DNA of 42,163 nt from Oculatellaceae cyanobacterium bins.114 (GTDB lineage Bacteria; Cyanobacteriota; Cyanobacteriia; Elainellales; Elainellaceae): assembly GCA_033764315.1 (NCBI GenBank), contig JANRJA010000234.1, positions 1 through 42,163 of the forward strand. Reading direction: 5' to 3'. Shown here piece by piece: positions 33,450 through 42,163 of this stretch (within the stretch, counting starts at the first letter, position 1; every line of letters starts with the position of its first letter). Below the pieces are notes generated by a model, which saw nothing but the letters and a program-made list of their open reading frames with translations, did no database searches and was not told the DNA's origin. The position numbers were made by a program, and so were the translations under genes.

Positions 33450-35347
33450 TCTTCCGGTCTCCCTTGGTTACTGCTGCCAGTACTCCCTGGTTTTTGATGC
33501 AATCGGTGACGCTCAATGCGGCTGAGCACGCGGGTCACCAGTTCTGGGCCTAAAACGGGCTTGCTAATAAAATCATCGGCTCCAGCCGCAAAGGCGTGTT
33601 GGAGTGACTCAGCATCGGTGTGAGCCGTCACCACCAAAATGGGCAAGTCTCCCCACTCAGCATCTTGTCGCACCACCTGACATAGCTCTAATCCATTAAT
33701 ATGCGGCATTTCCAGGTCTAACAAGATTAAGTTGGGTGAAGTCGCTAGCAAAGTTTTCCAAAAATGCTGGGGTTCACTCAAGGTCGTGATGTCTAACCCC
33801 CAAGGAGTGAGCACATTGGACAGGAAGGCTAACGTCGCCAAGTCATCGTCAACAATGAGTACTTTGGTGTCGGAGAGTTGAGGTTTTGATAAAACACGGG
33901 CGATCGCTTGAAAAATCTGCTCGGTTGTCGCGGGCTTGTGCAGAAATTGTCGGGCACCCAGGCGCGATGCGGCCAAGCGGTCTGCGAGGCTATCTCGTCC
34001 TGTAAAAACGATGACAGGCAGGTTGGGCAAGGCTTGAGTTAGCTCTTGCAACAGCGATAACCCATCTTCTTGGGTTGTCGGAAAACTCAGGTCTAACAAA
34101 ATCACATCAGGGGTTGCCAGAGTCCAAAGAGAACGGGCGATCGCCAGATTAGAAGCACTTTTCAGGCGAAACCCCCAGGCATTGGCCGCTGCCTTTAGCT
34201 GCTCAGTCAAGGCAGCATCGTCATCAATCACCAAGATTCGATAAGAATGAGCCGATACCAGCGGTGCAGGCACAGATGTGACCGGAGCCTTACTGAGGTC
34301 TTGTTGTAAAGCTGCAACGAATTCAGCAAATCGAGTCACATTGGGGGCAGAGATGCCATCTTCATGGATCAGTAAATGCTCGATTGAGCGAGCCAATTTT
34401 GACCCCTCTGGGTAGCCAAATGATGCCAATGAACCTGCCAGCTTATGGGCTTCTTGCCTTGCGGCTTGCTGCAATTCTGGCTCTAGACTTCCTGCCAACA
34501 GACCTGCGGTTGCTCGTTCTAAAACGGCAACTTGTTCATCAAAGACACCTCGAAACCGCTCTAACACTTGGGCGATCGCAGATTTGCTGTCAGAGGGCTG
34601 AGTGCGAGTTTGCTCGTTTTCTAAAGCATTCGCAGGAGAGGATTGCAGAGGCGCAGGCTTGAGTCGATAACCCATGCCATACACTGTTTCAATTATTTCT
34701 TCGGTTAGCCCACCCGCTTTCAGCTTCTTTCGCAGATCTTTAACATGGGTCACAATGGCGCGATCGGTAGGCGCATCATCAAACCCCCATAGCCGATCAA
34801 GAATGGCACTGCGGCTAAAGATGCGATCGGGGTTGCGTAAGAACAATTCCAGCAGGTTATATTCTGTGGCGGTCAGTGTGATCACCTGTTCGCCAAACGT
34901 CACTCGTCCGGCATCCAAATCTAAGCTCAGCTTTCCCCAGGTTAAGATCGCCTCCGAAGGATTTACAAAGCTGCTTGCCGCGATCGCCCCACTGCGCCGC
35001 AACAAGGTGCGTATCCTTGCCAACAACACTTCTGACGCACACGGCTTGCTAATGTAGTCATCGGCTCCGGCGTCAAATCCAGCAACAGCAACAGCATCTG
35101 AATCATTGGCGGTGAGGAGCAAAATGGGTTTGCCATAGCCCTGCGATCGCAATTGCCGACAAAGGCTAATTCCGTCTAGCTTCGGAATCTGCACATCCAG
35201 CAAAATCAAATCATACTCAACCGTTGTTGCCAGCTCTAAGCCGATCTGTCCGTCAGATGCCAAGTCGATCGCATAACGATGAGCCTCCAGCACCTTTGTT
35301 AGGGCTGCTCCAAGCATTACATCATCTTCTACTAGCAAAATTTTCAT
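33446..35347 (-). CDS. Multidomain response regulator REC-wHTH(OmpR)-HPt-REC-REC (RcaC-like architecture)
   Basis: MKILLVEDD; LTATEYNLLELFLRNP..ETVYGMGYRL; AHKLAGSLASFG; two more intact REC domains; ATGA overlap with the kinase. Confidence 0.93.
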   Translation of the reverse strand: MKILLVEDDVMLGAALTKVLEAHRYAIDLASDGQIGLELATTVEYDLILLDVQIPKLDGISLCRQLRSQGYGKPILLLTANDSDAVAVAGFDAGADDYISKPCASEVLLARIRTLLRRSGAIAASSFVNPSEAILTWGKLSLDLDAGRVTFGEQVITLTATEYNLLELFLRNPDRIFSRSAILDRLWGFDDAPTDRAIVTHVKDLRKKLKAGGLTEEIIETVYGMGYRLKPAPLQSSPANALENEQTRTQPSDSKSAIAQVLERFRGVFDEQVAVLERATAGLLAGSLEPELQQAARQEAHKLAGSLASFGYPEGSKLARSIEHLLIHEDGISAPNVTRFAEFVAALQQDLSKAPVTSVPAPLVSAHSYRILVIDDDAALTEQLKAAANAWGFRLKSASNLAIARSLWTLATPDVILLDLSFPTTQEDGLSLLQELTQALPNLPVIVFTGRDSLADRLAASRLGARQFLHKPATTEQIFQAIARVLSKPQLSDTKVLIVDDDLATLAFLSNVLTPWGLDITTLSEPQHFWKTLLATSPNLILLDLEMPHINGLELCQVVRQDAEWGDLPILVVTAHTDAESLQHAFAAGADDFISKPVLGPELVTRVLSRIERHRLHQKPGSTGSSNQGRPEE

Positions 35348-35668
35348 CGTGATATTTTTGCCTTTGATGATCAGTACCTTAACGGATTCAAGGGGTGCGA
35401 TCGCCGACTTTTTACAAAATACTTCCAGTGTGGTTCTGCGATCGCGTGTCGCTATTCCCTAAGCCCCTAACACCACCATAGGGAACAAGCCCATCAAACT
35501 CCCTAAACTCCGCTTCTGGGATTTAGAAGTGGGGTTTTTGTTGATGACTCTTTATAGTTCTCTGACCGATAGTTCTCTGACTGCTCCAAAGAATCTGTAG
35601 TATAACCTTGGCACCGTGCAGTATTTTGTATTACGTTTGTAGCGTGAGATAAGACATCAAGGAACTAA

Positions 35669-35768
35669 TACCAATTTGAATTGAAAACACGACAGATCCT
35701 GGTACGGGTTTGGCACTGCCAAGCCCCTCCTGAACTTTGATCTGCCCAAAAATCCGTTTAAATCGGTA
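35669..35768. mobile_element. MITE-like element of the same end family with a different REP hairpin
   Basis: TAA-TACCAATTTGAA...TTTAAATCGGTA-TTA; internal GGGTTTGGCACTGCCAAGCCC; CGACAGATC sub-terminal motif. Confidence 0.7.
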
Positions 35769-35921
35769 TTATTTAGGACTACCAAAAACTGAATAACGCT
35801 ACCGTTGGAAAGATAGCAACTGTCAAGATAGTTGCTACAAGGGAACTTGAGGAAGCAGTTGTTTTGGGCTTACTTCCTTTTACCAACCCACTGTTTGGGT
35901 TGACTCCCGTGTTCGGCAATC

Positions 35922-35981
35922 ATATAGCAGTCCTAAATCATTTGTGAGATTAGCAGGTTAACCCAGTTGGGGTTGCTATAT
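35922..35981. mobile_element. Miniature element with TATAGCA termini
   Basis: ATATAGCAGTCC...GGGGTTGCTATAT. Confidence 0.55.
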
Positions 35982-36102
35982 TTGGCTTAATGCTATCGTT
36001 GCGGCGATCGCTTTTTATGATGGGTTTATCAAGTCAGCAGAAATGACCACATCAACATCAACCACAACTCAAGTGCGTGTGTAATTAAAACTTGTCTGCA
36101 CC

Positions 36103-36154
36103 GATTTTGAGCACTGGTTTTGAGCACTGATTTTGAGCACTGATTTTAAGCATT
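36103..36154. repeat. 13-bp tandem repeat x4 (GATTTTGAGCACT) in the leader of the TPR gene
   Basis: Units at 36103, 36116, 36129, 36142. Confidence 0.85.
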
Positions 36155-36203
36155 GAGCGATTTTGCCTTCATCCTGACCTGTTGTATGAGCTAATTTAGA
36201 AGG

Positions 36204-37223
36204 ATGCAGCAGGAGTTGTATCAACACGGTTTAAGCAAAGCCCTAGCACAGGATTTTCAAGAGGCGATCGCGGCCTTTGATCAAGTCCTGTCAGAGTCTC
36301 CTGAGTGGGCAGAAGTGTATTATCAACGGGGGTTAGCCCACTTTAAATTAGGCCATGTAGAACAGGCGATCGCCGATTACACTCAGGCTCTAGAGTTGGG
36401 TTTGCAAAGCCATGCTATTCATTACGCTCGTGGGTTAGCTTATTGGATCACAAACAACCTGGAAGGGGCAATTGTTGATACAAAACAAGCGATTTTGTTA
36501 AAACCAGGACAAGCCGCTAGCTACGATTTGTTGGGTCAACTGCGACAGCGTCAGGGAGATTCACTCAAGGCGATCGCCAGCTATCGACGAGCTGCTGAGC
36601 TATATCTCGACAATCGCGATGTGTCAAACTGCCGCCGCTGTTTAGACAAGATTCAACAACTACAACCCCCGTCTCCAGCTCCATCTACGACTTCGTCAGG
36701 GGTGGTTCAGCCATTGCTAACCGTCGAAGATTTTTTGCAACAGGCAATGAGCAAGGCAGCCCAGAGCAATTATCGGAGTGCAATGGAAGACCTGGACTGG
36801 GTCATGCAGATTGACCCCCAAGACCCTCAAGTCTATATCTGTCGCGGGCAGGTGCACACCCAAATGGGCAACCTTGAAGCGGCGATCGCTGACTATCAAC
36901 AAGCGGCACGACTATTTTTAGATAAAGCTGACAAGGCAATGGCGCAACAGCTACTAGAGCAGATTGGGCAGTTAAAAATTCGCTTAAAGAAGCAACTGTC
37001 TCAACGGCAGTCTGTTCCCCCATCGTCTGCCCGTTCTTCTCGCCAAATCGTCCCCACGGGTAGACCGAGCCGAGCCATTCAACAAAAATTGCTGCGGTTG
37101 GTTGGCAACGATCGCCGGATTGTGGCGGGGTTGGTAGAACGCTTGAAAATGAAACATCCAGGGATGTCAGAAGATTGGTATTGGGAAAAAGCAATTTATG
37201 ACTTAGAGCGCGATCGCCGATAG
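36204..37223 (+). CDS. Tetratricopeptide repeat protein with small C-terminal helical domain
   Basis: YYQRGLAHFKLG..AIADYTQALEL-type TPRs; C-terminal LLRLV...WYWEKAIYDLERDRR. Confidence 0.9.
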   Translation: MQQELYQHGLSKALAQDFQEAIAAFDQVLSESPEWAEVYYQRGLAHFKLGHVEQAIADYTQALELGLQSHAIHYARGLAYWITNNLEGAIVDTKQAILLKPGQAASYDLLGQLRQRQGDSLKAIASYRRAAELYLDNRDVSNCRRCLDKIQQLQPPSPAPSTTSSGVVQPLLTVEDFLQQAMSKAAQSNYRSAMEDLDWVMQIDPQDPQVYICRGQVHTQMGNLEAAIADYQQAARLFLDKADKAMAQQLLEQIGQLKIRLKKQLSQRQSVPPSSARSSRQIVPTGRPSRAIQQKLLRLVGNDRRIVAGLVERLKMKHPGMSEDWYWEKAIYDLERDRR

Positions 37224-37278
37224 CGTTAGTCTGGGTTGAATTTTCTCATGAAAGGGGATATGCTCCAGATCAAAACAT

Positions 37279-37294
37279 TTCAATAAAATTTGAT
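37279..37294. promoter_or_regulatory. ArsR-type operator overlapping the arsR start
   Basis: TTCAA-TAAAAT-TTGAT, one mismatch to the cyanobacterial ATCAA-N6-TTGAT ArsR box. Confidence 0.6.
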
Positions 37295-37614
37295 GAACAA
37301 ATCCATCCCTGTCCCATCAAGTTCAACCATTTTGGAGTCCATGCACTCCCTCAACTCTAACGAGTTTAACTCTTAAAGGTGCTAAGAGATCAGGAACGGT
37401 GCGTTCGTGATTGTTGTAAAAAACTGGGAGTCGTCCAATCCCAGCTTTCCCTTCACTTAAAAAGTTTGTAAGAGGTCAGATTAATGCGATCGCGTCATTC
37501 AGAAGGCTGGGTGTATGACAGTTTGAATCTGACTCAAATTGTGATCTTAGAGCCATATTTGGCTGAATTGGTCGATTTAGCTCAGTTTTATCGTCTCGCT
37601 CCTACTTTGATTAA
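37293..37614 (+). pseudogene. arsR: ArsR/SmtB family repressor pseudogene
   Basis: From 37373: LKVLRDQERCVRDCCKKLGVVQSQLSLHLKSL*EVRLMRSRHSEGWVYDSLNLTQIVILEPYLAE, matching ArsR ELCVCDL..QSKLSFHLK.L..GRW.YYSLN; stops at 37358, 37367, 37469 and frameshifts near both ends. Confidence 0.85.
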
Positions 37615-37664
37615 GTTTATTCCATCAACTTTATTAAGAATGATATTTATTCAATGTGATTTGC

Positions 37665-37692
37665 TTGACATACAATATCAATTTATTTTGAA
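37665..37692 (+). promoter_or_regulatory. Putative gap-arsJ promoter (-35 TTGACA) with ArsR-type box
   Basis: TTGACA at 37665-37670; ATCAA-TTTATT-TTGAA at 37677-37692; no clean -10 identified. Confidence 0.55.
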
Positions 37693-37712
37693 ATGATAGA
37701 ACTAGCCTCTTA

Positions 37713-37837
37713 TCCCAATTGAAACAGTTTTTACGACAGATCATTGCCCCGAACTGATTCCCCTCAGTCCCCCTTAACAAGGGGGATGCCGGAGGCAAGG
37801 GGGATCTGATGTGTCGCATTCATAACTCAAATGGGTA
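37713..37837. mobile_element. MITE-like element of the same end family (TTA duplication) carrying a CCCCC/GGGGG hairpin
   Basis: TTA-TCCCAATTGAA...TCAAATGGGTA-TTA; CGACAGATC motif; internal TCCCCCTTAACAAGGGGGA. Confidence 0.75.
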
Positions 37838-38042
37838 TTAGTTGCTGGATGGAAAATTTAGACCCAGGTAGTACAAGACCGCGTTGTAAGCAGCTGTAAG
37901 CAACACTTTGTCCAGTAACACTCTGTCAGCAACAAAGTTGGAACCGTTTTTACAGGAGAATCACAAACCAATCTCTCTCTGGCCGAACGACTGCAACCCG
38001 AAAAAAGCTTTTAGTTTTGTCGTCAACTTCACAAAAACAAGT

Positions 38043-39053
38043 ATGGTCATTCGAGTTGGCATCAATGGATTTGGCAGAATGGGGCGACTGACGACGAGGG
38101 TCGCCTGGAATTGGGCAGAGTTTGACATTGTTCACATTAACGAAGTCAACGGAGGCGTGGAAGCCGCTGCTCATTTGCTCAAGTTTGACTCGGTGCATGG
38201 TCGCTGGGCCCCGGACGTCAACGCCAGCGATAACCGAGTTTGGATTGATGACAAATCTCTCAGTTTCAGCGACTACTCTACACCAGGTGACGTGCCGTGG
38301 GATGAGTTAGGGGTTGATCTAGTGCTGGAATGCTCTGGCAAATTTAGAACTGTGGCAACCCTTGACCCTTACTTTAAGCGAGGTGTGCAAAAGGTGATTG
38401 TAGCTGCCCCAGTCAAAGAAGGAGCACTGAATATCGTGATGGGCATCAACGACCATCTTTATGATCCTGAGCAACACCACCTGTTAACTGCCGCATCTTG
38501 CACCACAAATTGTTTAGCTCCGGTCGTGAAAGTCATTCACGAGGAGTTGGGTATTCGACATGGGGTAATTACCACGATTCATGACAATACCAATACACAA
38601 ACGATTGTGGATGCACCTCACAAAGATTTGCGGCGGGCACGAGCCACTAGTTTGTCTCTCATTCCCACTACGACTGGGTCAGCCACCGCGATCGCCCTGA
38701 TTTATCCTGAACTCAAAGGCAAGTTGAATGGATTGGCCGTGAGGGTGCCATTGCTCAATGCCTCTCTCACGGACTGTGTGTTTGAGGTGACACGCCCCAC
38801 CACCGTTCAAGAAGTCAACTCCCTTTTAAAAGCGGCAGCCGACAGTTCACTGAACGGCATTTTGGGCTACGAGGAACGTCCTCTGGTCTCGATCGATTAC
38901 AAAGATGATCCTCGTTCTGCCATTATTGATGCCCTCTCGACGATGGTGGTCGATGAGACGCAGGTCAAGATCCTGGCCTGGTATGACAACGAGTGGGGCT
39001 ACGTCAACCGCATGGCAGAACTGACACGCAAAGTCGCGTTGAGCCTGACTTAA
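38043..39053 (+). CDS. gap: ArsJ-associated glyceraldehyde-3-phosphate dehydrogenase
   Basis: [32 protein letters not shown]; directly upstream of arsJ. Start set at ATG 38043. Confidence 0.93.
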   Translation: MVIRVGINGFGRMGRLTTRVAWNWAEFDIVHINEVNGGVEAAAHLLKFDSVHGRWAPDVNASDNRVWIDDKSLSFSDYSTPGDVPWDELGVDLVLECSGKFRTVATLDPYFKRGVQKVIVAAPVKEGALNIVMGINDHLYDPEQHHLLTAASCTTNCLAPVVKVIHEELGIRHGVITTIHDNTNTQTIVDAPHKDLRRARATSLSLIPTTTGSATAIALIYPELKGKLNGLAVRVPLLNASLTDCVFEVTRPTTVQEVNSLLKAAADSSLNGILGYEERPLVSIDYKDDPRSAIIDALSTMVVDETQVKILAWYDNEWGYVNRMAELTRKVALSLT

Positions 39054-39210
39054 GCCTGATCCTGCTTAGTCTCTTTGCTCCTCATCAACCTTTCCTTTCA
39101 AAGAGAGAATCGCGCCGCTCAAAGTCTCTCAAGTTTCCTTACTTAAGGGGTGATCAAGGCAGGCGATCAGGAATGGTATCTCAAACCTACTCTCACCCTA
39201 TTCCTCAATC

Positions 39211-40473
39211 ATGACTTCTACCACTGCTTCGGGTGCCAATCTCAAAAATTATATCCTGGTCACGTTTGCCTACTGGGGCTTTACGCTGACCGATGGGGCA
39301 TTGCGGATGCTGGTACTGCTCTACTTTAATGAGATTGGCTACAGCCCTTTAGAAATTGCGTTTTTGTTTCTCTTTTATGAAGTCTTTGGCGTGATCACCA
39401 ACTTCTTGGGTGGGTGGATCGGCTCCCAGATGGGGTTGAAGTTGACTCTTTATACTGGGATTGGGCTACAGGTCTTTGCTCTGATGATGCTGTCGTTCTT
39501 AAATCGAGAGTGGATGCAAGGAATCGCGATCGCCTATGTGATGACGGCTCAAGCCTTTTCAGGGATTGCCAAAGATCTGACCAAAATGAGTTCTAAGAGT
39601 GCAATTCGCCTAGTGGTGCCACAAGATCAGCAATCGTCGCTGTTTAAGTGGGTGGCCGTGCTCACAGGTTCTAAAAATGCTCTTAAAGGCGTTGGCTTTT
39701 TTATGGGAGCCGCATTGTTAGCAACGTTAGGCTTTGTCAATGCGCTGTGGGTCATGGCAGGAGGTCTATTTTTGGTGCTGCTGACCGGATTGTTCTTGCC
39801 TCAAGGCATAGGTAAAATCAAAGCCAAGGTCAAATTCACTCAGCTTTTTTCTAAGAGTTCAGAGATCAACATCCTTTCAGCAGCACGTTTCTTCTTGTTT
39901 GGTTCTAGAGATGTGTGGTTTGTCGTGGGGTTGCCTGTATTCCTGCGGAGTACGTTGGGTTGGTCATTTTTTCAGGCAGGCGGATTTTTGGCATGTTGGG
40001 TGATTGGCTACGGTGCGGTGCAGTTTTTTGCGCCCATATTGCTGAGTCAGTTTAATGGAGGCAAACCCCCTCAATCAAGCACGATTCAATTCTGGACGTT
40101 TGCTCTGACGGGGGTGCCCGCCGCGATCGCTATTGCCCTGCAATTAAGGGTGCCTGCCAATCAGGTGATCATTGTTGGATTGACAGTTTTTGGAATTGTG
40201 TTTGCCTTTAACTCTGCGGTTCACTCCTATCTGGTGCTGGCCTTTACCGATGATGACAAAGTTGCGTTGAACGTCGGCTTTTACTACATGGCAAACTCTG
40301 GGGGTCGGTTGATTGGCACAGTGCTTTCTGGATTGGTCTATCAACTGACGGGGCTGATTGGTTGTCTGTGGGTATCCACTTTCTTGGTGTTAGCTGCCGG
40401 GATCATTTCACTGAAGTTGCCTGATCCACAGCCATCAAAAGCGATCGCCTGGAAAGCGGGAGATGGAGACTAA
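39211..40473 (+). CDS. arsJ: Organoarsenical efflux MFS transporter ArsJ
   Basis: YWGFTLTDGALRMLVLLYF, SGIAKDLTKMSSKSAI, LTGSKNALKG, ARFFLFGSRDVWFVV, VGFYYMAN. Confidence 0.93.
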   Translation: MTSTTASGANLKNYILVTFAYWGFTLTDGALRMLVLLYFNEIGYSPLEIAFLFLFYEVFGVITNFLGGWIGSQMGLKLTLYTGIGLQVFALMMLSFLNREWMQGIAIAYVMTAQAFSGIAKDLTKMSSKSAIRLVVPQDQQSSLFKWVAVLTGSKNALKGVGFFMGAALLATLGFVNALWVMAGGLFLVLLTGLFLPQGIGKIKAKVKFTQLFSKSSEINILSAARFFLFGSRDVWFVVGLPVFLRSTLGWSFFQAGGFLACWVIGYGAVQFFAPILLSQFNGGKPPQSSTIQFWTFALTGVPAAIAIALQLRVPANQVIIVGLTVFGIVFAFNSAVHSYLVLAFTDDDKVALNVGFYYMANSGGRLIGTVLSGLVYQLTGLIGCLWVSTFLVLAAGIISLKLPDPQPSKAIAWKAGDGD

Positions 40474-40491
40474 TGACCCCTGTCTATAAAG

Positions 40492-40615
40492 GTACTGCGG
40501 GATGTATTTGAGGATTGGCAACTGGATGCCCCCAAAGGAATAACCGATTGAACTCTTTCGACAAGTTCGAGATGAAGTTCAAGAACGGGTGGTTTTATGG
40601 CCGAAAGAGTTGAAA
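40492..40615 (+). pseudogene. arsC: C-terminal remnant of cyanobacterial LMW-PTP-type arsenate reductase
   Basis: VLRDVFEDWQLDAPKG / frameshift and stop at ~40540 / PIELFRQVRDEVQERV, matching the FEDWQL.DP.G.....FR.VR..V.ERV C-terminus; N-terminal catalytic region absent. Confidence 0.75.
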
Positions 40616-40647
40616 GACTCATCAGAATATAATGAAGCTATTGCACC

Positions 40648-41313
40648 ATGAAAGTTGAGCACAAACCAAAAATTTTGTTTTTCTACGGTTCTTTGCGAGA
40701 ACGATCCTATAGTCGGTTATTAGCTGAAGAAGCGGCTCGTATGTTGATAGATCTGGGTGCAGACGTACAGTTTTTTCATCCTCACGACTTGCCATTACAT
40801 GGCAGTGTGCCTGATAGCCATCCTAAAGTTCAAGAATTGCGTGAACTGGTGCAATGGTCAGAAGGTCAGGTTTGGTCAAGCCCAGAGATGCATGGCAATA
40901 TCAGTGGCTTAATGAAAATGCAGATTGATTGGATTCCGTTGAGCATTGGGGCAGTGCGCCCAACTCAGGGCAAAACCCTGGCGGTGATGCAGGTTAGCGG
41001 CGGCTCTCAATCCTTTAATGCAGTTAATACCATGCGAGTTTTGGGTCGCTGGATGCGGATGTTTACCATTCCCAATCAGTCTTCAGTGGCTAAAGCATAT
41101 GAGCAGTTTAATGACGATGGCACGATGAAAGACTCGCCCTACCGCGATCGCGTTATTGATGTGATGGAAGAACTATACAAATTTACCCTGTTGTTGCGGG
41201 GGCACGTCGATTATCTCACCGATCGCTATAGTGAACGCAAAGAAAAAGGGATGCAAGAGTCCATGAGTGATATTGGCAAAACCATCCGTGGTGTTGATTT
41301 AGAACAGATGTAG
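40648..41313 (+). CDS. arsH: Arsenical resistance NADPH-dependent FMN reductase ArsH
   Basis: [64 protein letters not shown]. Confidence 0.95.
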   Translation: MKVEHKPKILFFYGSLRERSYSRLLAEEAARMLIDLGADVQFFHPHDLPLHGSVPDSHPKVQELRELVQWSEGQVWSSPEMHGNISGLMKMQIDWIPLSIGAVRPTQGKTLAVMQVSGGSQSFNAVNTMRVLGRWMRMFTIPNQSSVAKAYEQFNDDGTMKDSPYRDRVIDVMEELYKFTLLLRGHVDYLTDRYSERKEKGMQESMSDIGKTIRGVDLEQM

Positions 41314-41509
41314 CCATTATTTACAGTCATTTATAGTCATTTGTAGTTATTAAACTTTGTACTCGTTCCTCAACAGTGAGTTTGATTAAAAAGCGGTCTG
41401 ATTAAAAAGCGGTTCACACGATTGAATAGTGTCAATGTTTAATAGTGTGATACTGAATTGTGAGAATGACTGATCTTGCTCAAGTTCCTCTAAATTTAGG
41501 AGATTTACG

Positions 41510-41965
41510 ATGACGACATTTAAGACCCATGTTGCCCTTAGAGTGGCCCATCTAGAAAACTCCATCACCTTTTATCAGACGATGTTTGGGGTGGCTCCAG
41601 TGAAACATAAAGTAGGCTATGCCAAGTTTGATTTGGAGAATCCGGCTCTCAACCTGACGTTGAATTTGGGTCAGGGAATACAGCCGCATGGAACGCTCTC
41701 TCATTTGGGAGTCCAAGTAGGTAGCACCAATGATGTGCAAGCTGCGATCGCCCGCTTTAAAGCATCGGGGTTAGCCACTTTTGAAGAACAGAACACTGAC
41801 TGCTGCTATGCCTTGCAAGACAAGGTTTGGGTAACTGATCCCGATGGCAATCGATGGGAGATCTTTGTTGTCAAGGTGGGTGATACTACACCTGAAGAAA
41901 ATCTTGGCTCACTTGAGGCGACAGTGCCCAATCCACCCGAAGTTTTGAAATCATGCTGCTCTTAA
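41510..41965 (+). CDS. arsI: ArsI/CadI family VOC metalloenzyme (C-As lyase-like)
   Basis: HVAL, YAKF, HLG, TDCCYALQDKVWVTDPDGNRWE, C-terminal CC; AGGAG RBS. Confidence 0.88.
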   Translation: MTTFKTHVALRVAHLENSITFYQTMFGVAPVKHKVGYAKFDLENPALNLTLNLGQGIQPHGTLSHLGVQVGSTNDVQAAIARFKASGLATFEEQNTDCCYALQDKVWVTDPDGNRWEIFVVKVGDTTPEENLGSLEATVPNPPEVLKSCCS

Positions 41966-42012
41966 AGGTAAATGATTTGTAAAAATTGTCCTGTCATGGA
42001 TTATGGATCATG

Positions 42013-42043
42013 GGTCATGGTCACTGGTCACTGGTCACTGGTC
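42013..42043. repeat. Heptameric tandem repeat GGTCACT
   Basis: GGTCAT GGTCACT GGTCACT GGTCACT GGTC. Confidence 0.75.
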
Positions 42044-42054
42044 TGGCCTAAGTA

Positions 42055-42163
42055 ACCTGAGTTAGGGACAAGGATTTTGGCGGTTGAAACCGCTGCTATA
42101 GGAGCAAAACGACCTGCGTCGGTTCAGTAAACCTTTGATTTTGGTAGTCCGCGACGGCGGACT
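42055..42163. mobile_element. Second copy of the 16956-17211 MITE family (truncated by window end, no nested insert)
   Basis: AAGGATTTTGGCGGTTGAAACCGC...AGGAGCAAAAC..GACCTG..GTCGGTTCA shared with 16971-17121. Confidence 0.8.

Noticed and set aside
29203..35347. Naming these genes rcaE/rcaF/rcaC or rfpA/B/C
   Set aside because: Architecture is similar, but the sensor has DXCF-like and red/green GAFs rather than an RcaE-type GAF or knotless phytochrome, and no phycobiliprotein or far-red photosystem genes are adjacent.
35621..35634. NtcA-like box GTA-N8-TAC
   Set aside because: Matches the minimal consensus but has no -10 box at the canonical ~22-nt spacing; such matches occur by chance.
37484..37696. 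70-aa ORF as an independent gene
   Set aside because: It is the post-stop fragment of the arsR pseudogene running on after a frameshift.
37908..38042. 45-aa N-terminal extension of GAPDH from the ORF track
   Set aside because: TTG start; family homology begins at [11 protein letters not shown] (ATG 38043).

Overview
Cyanobacterial chromosomal window (dense HIP1 GCGATCGC octamers, heptameric tandem repeats, cyanobacteriochrome GAF domains), probably from a filamentous strain. From left to right: the 3' end of an ISAs1-family element; a 21-bp-periodic repeat array; a receptor-like protein with three TIR modules, a TM helix and 14 near-identical WD40 repeats, downstream of a gene with three repeated domains plus EcsC-like and TerB-like regions; housekeeping genes (ABC exporter, dnaG, TftA-like amidase/glucosaminidase, YbaB/EbfC, HD protein, PhzF). 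Next is an ~18-kb minus-strand light-sensing phosphorelay cluster: an RcaC-like REC-wHTH-HPt-REC-REC regulator, a dual-CBCR kinase, an RcaF-like REC, a pseudo-receiver, a small Zn-ribbon protein, a CHASE/PAS hybrid kinase, a biliverdin-type phytochrome kinase and a REC-GAF kinase. Two transcription units in this cluster share an identical 14-bp promoter motif. The window ends with a TPR gene and a partly decayed arsenic locus (arsR pseudogene, gap-arsJ, arsC remnant, arsH, arsI/cadI). Intergenic regions hold several MITE-like elements, one of them nested. All calls come from motif recognition by eye; no database searches were run.
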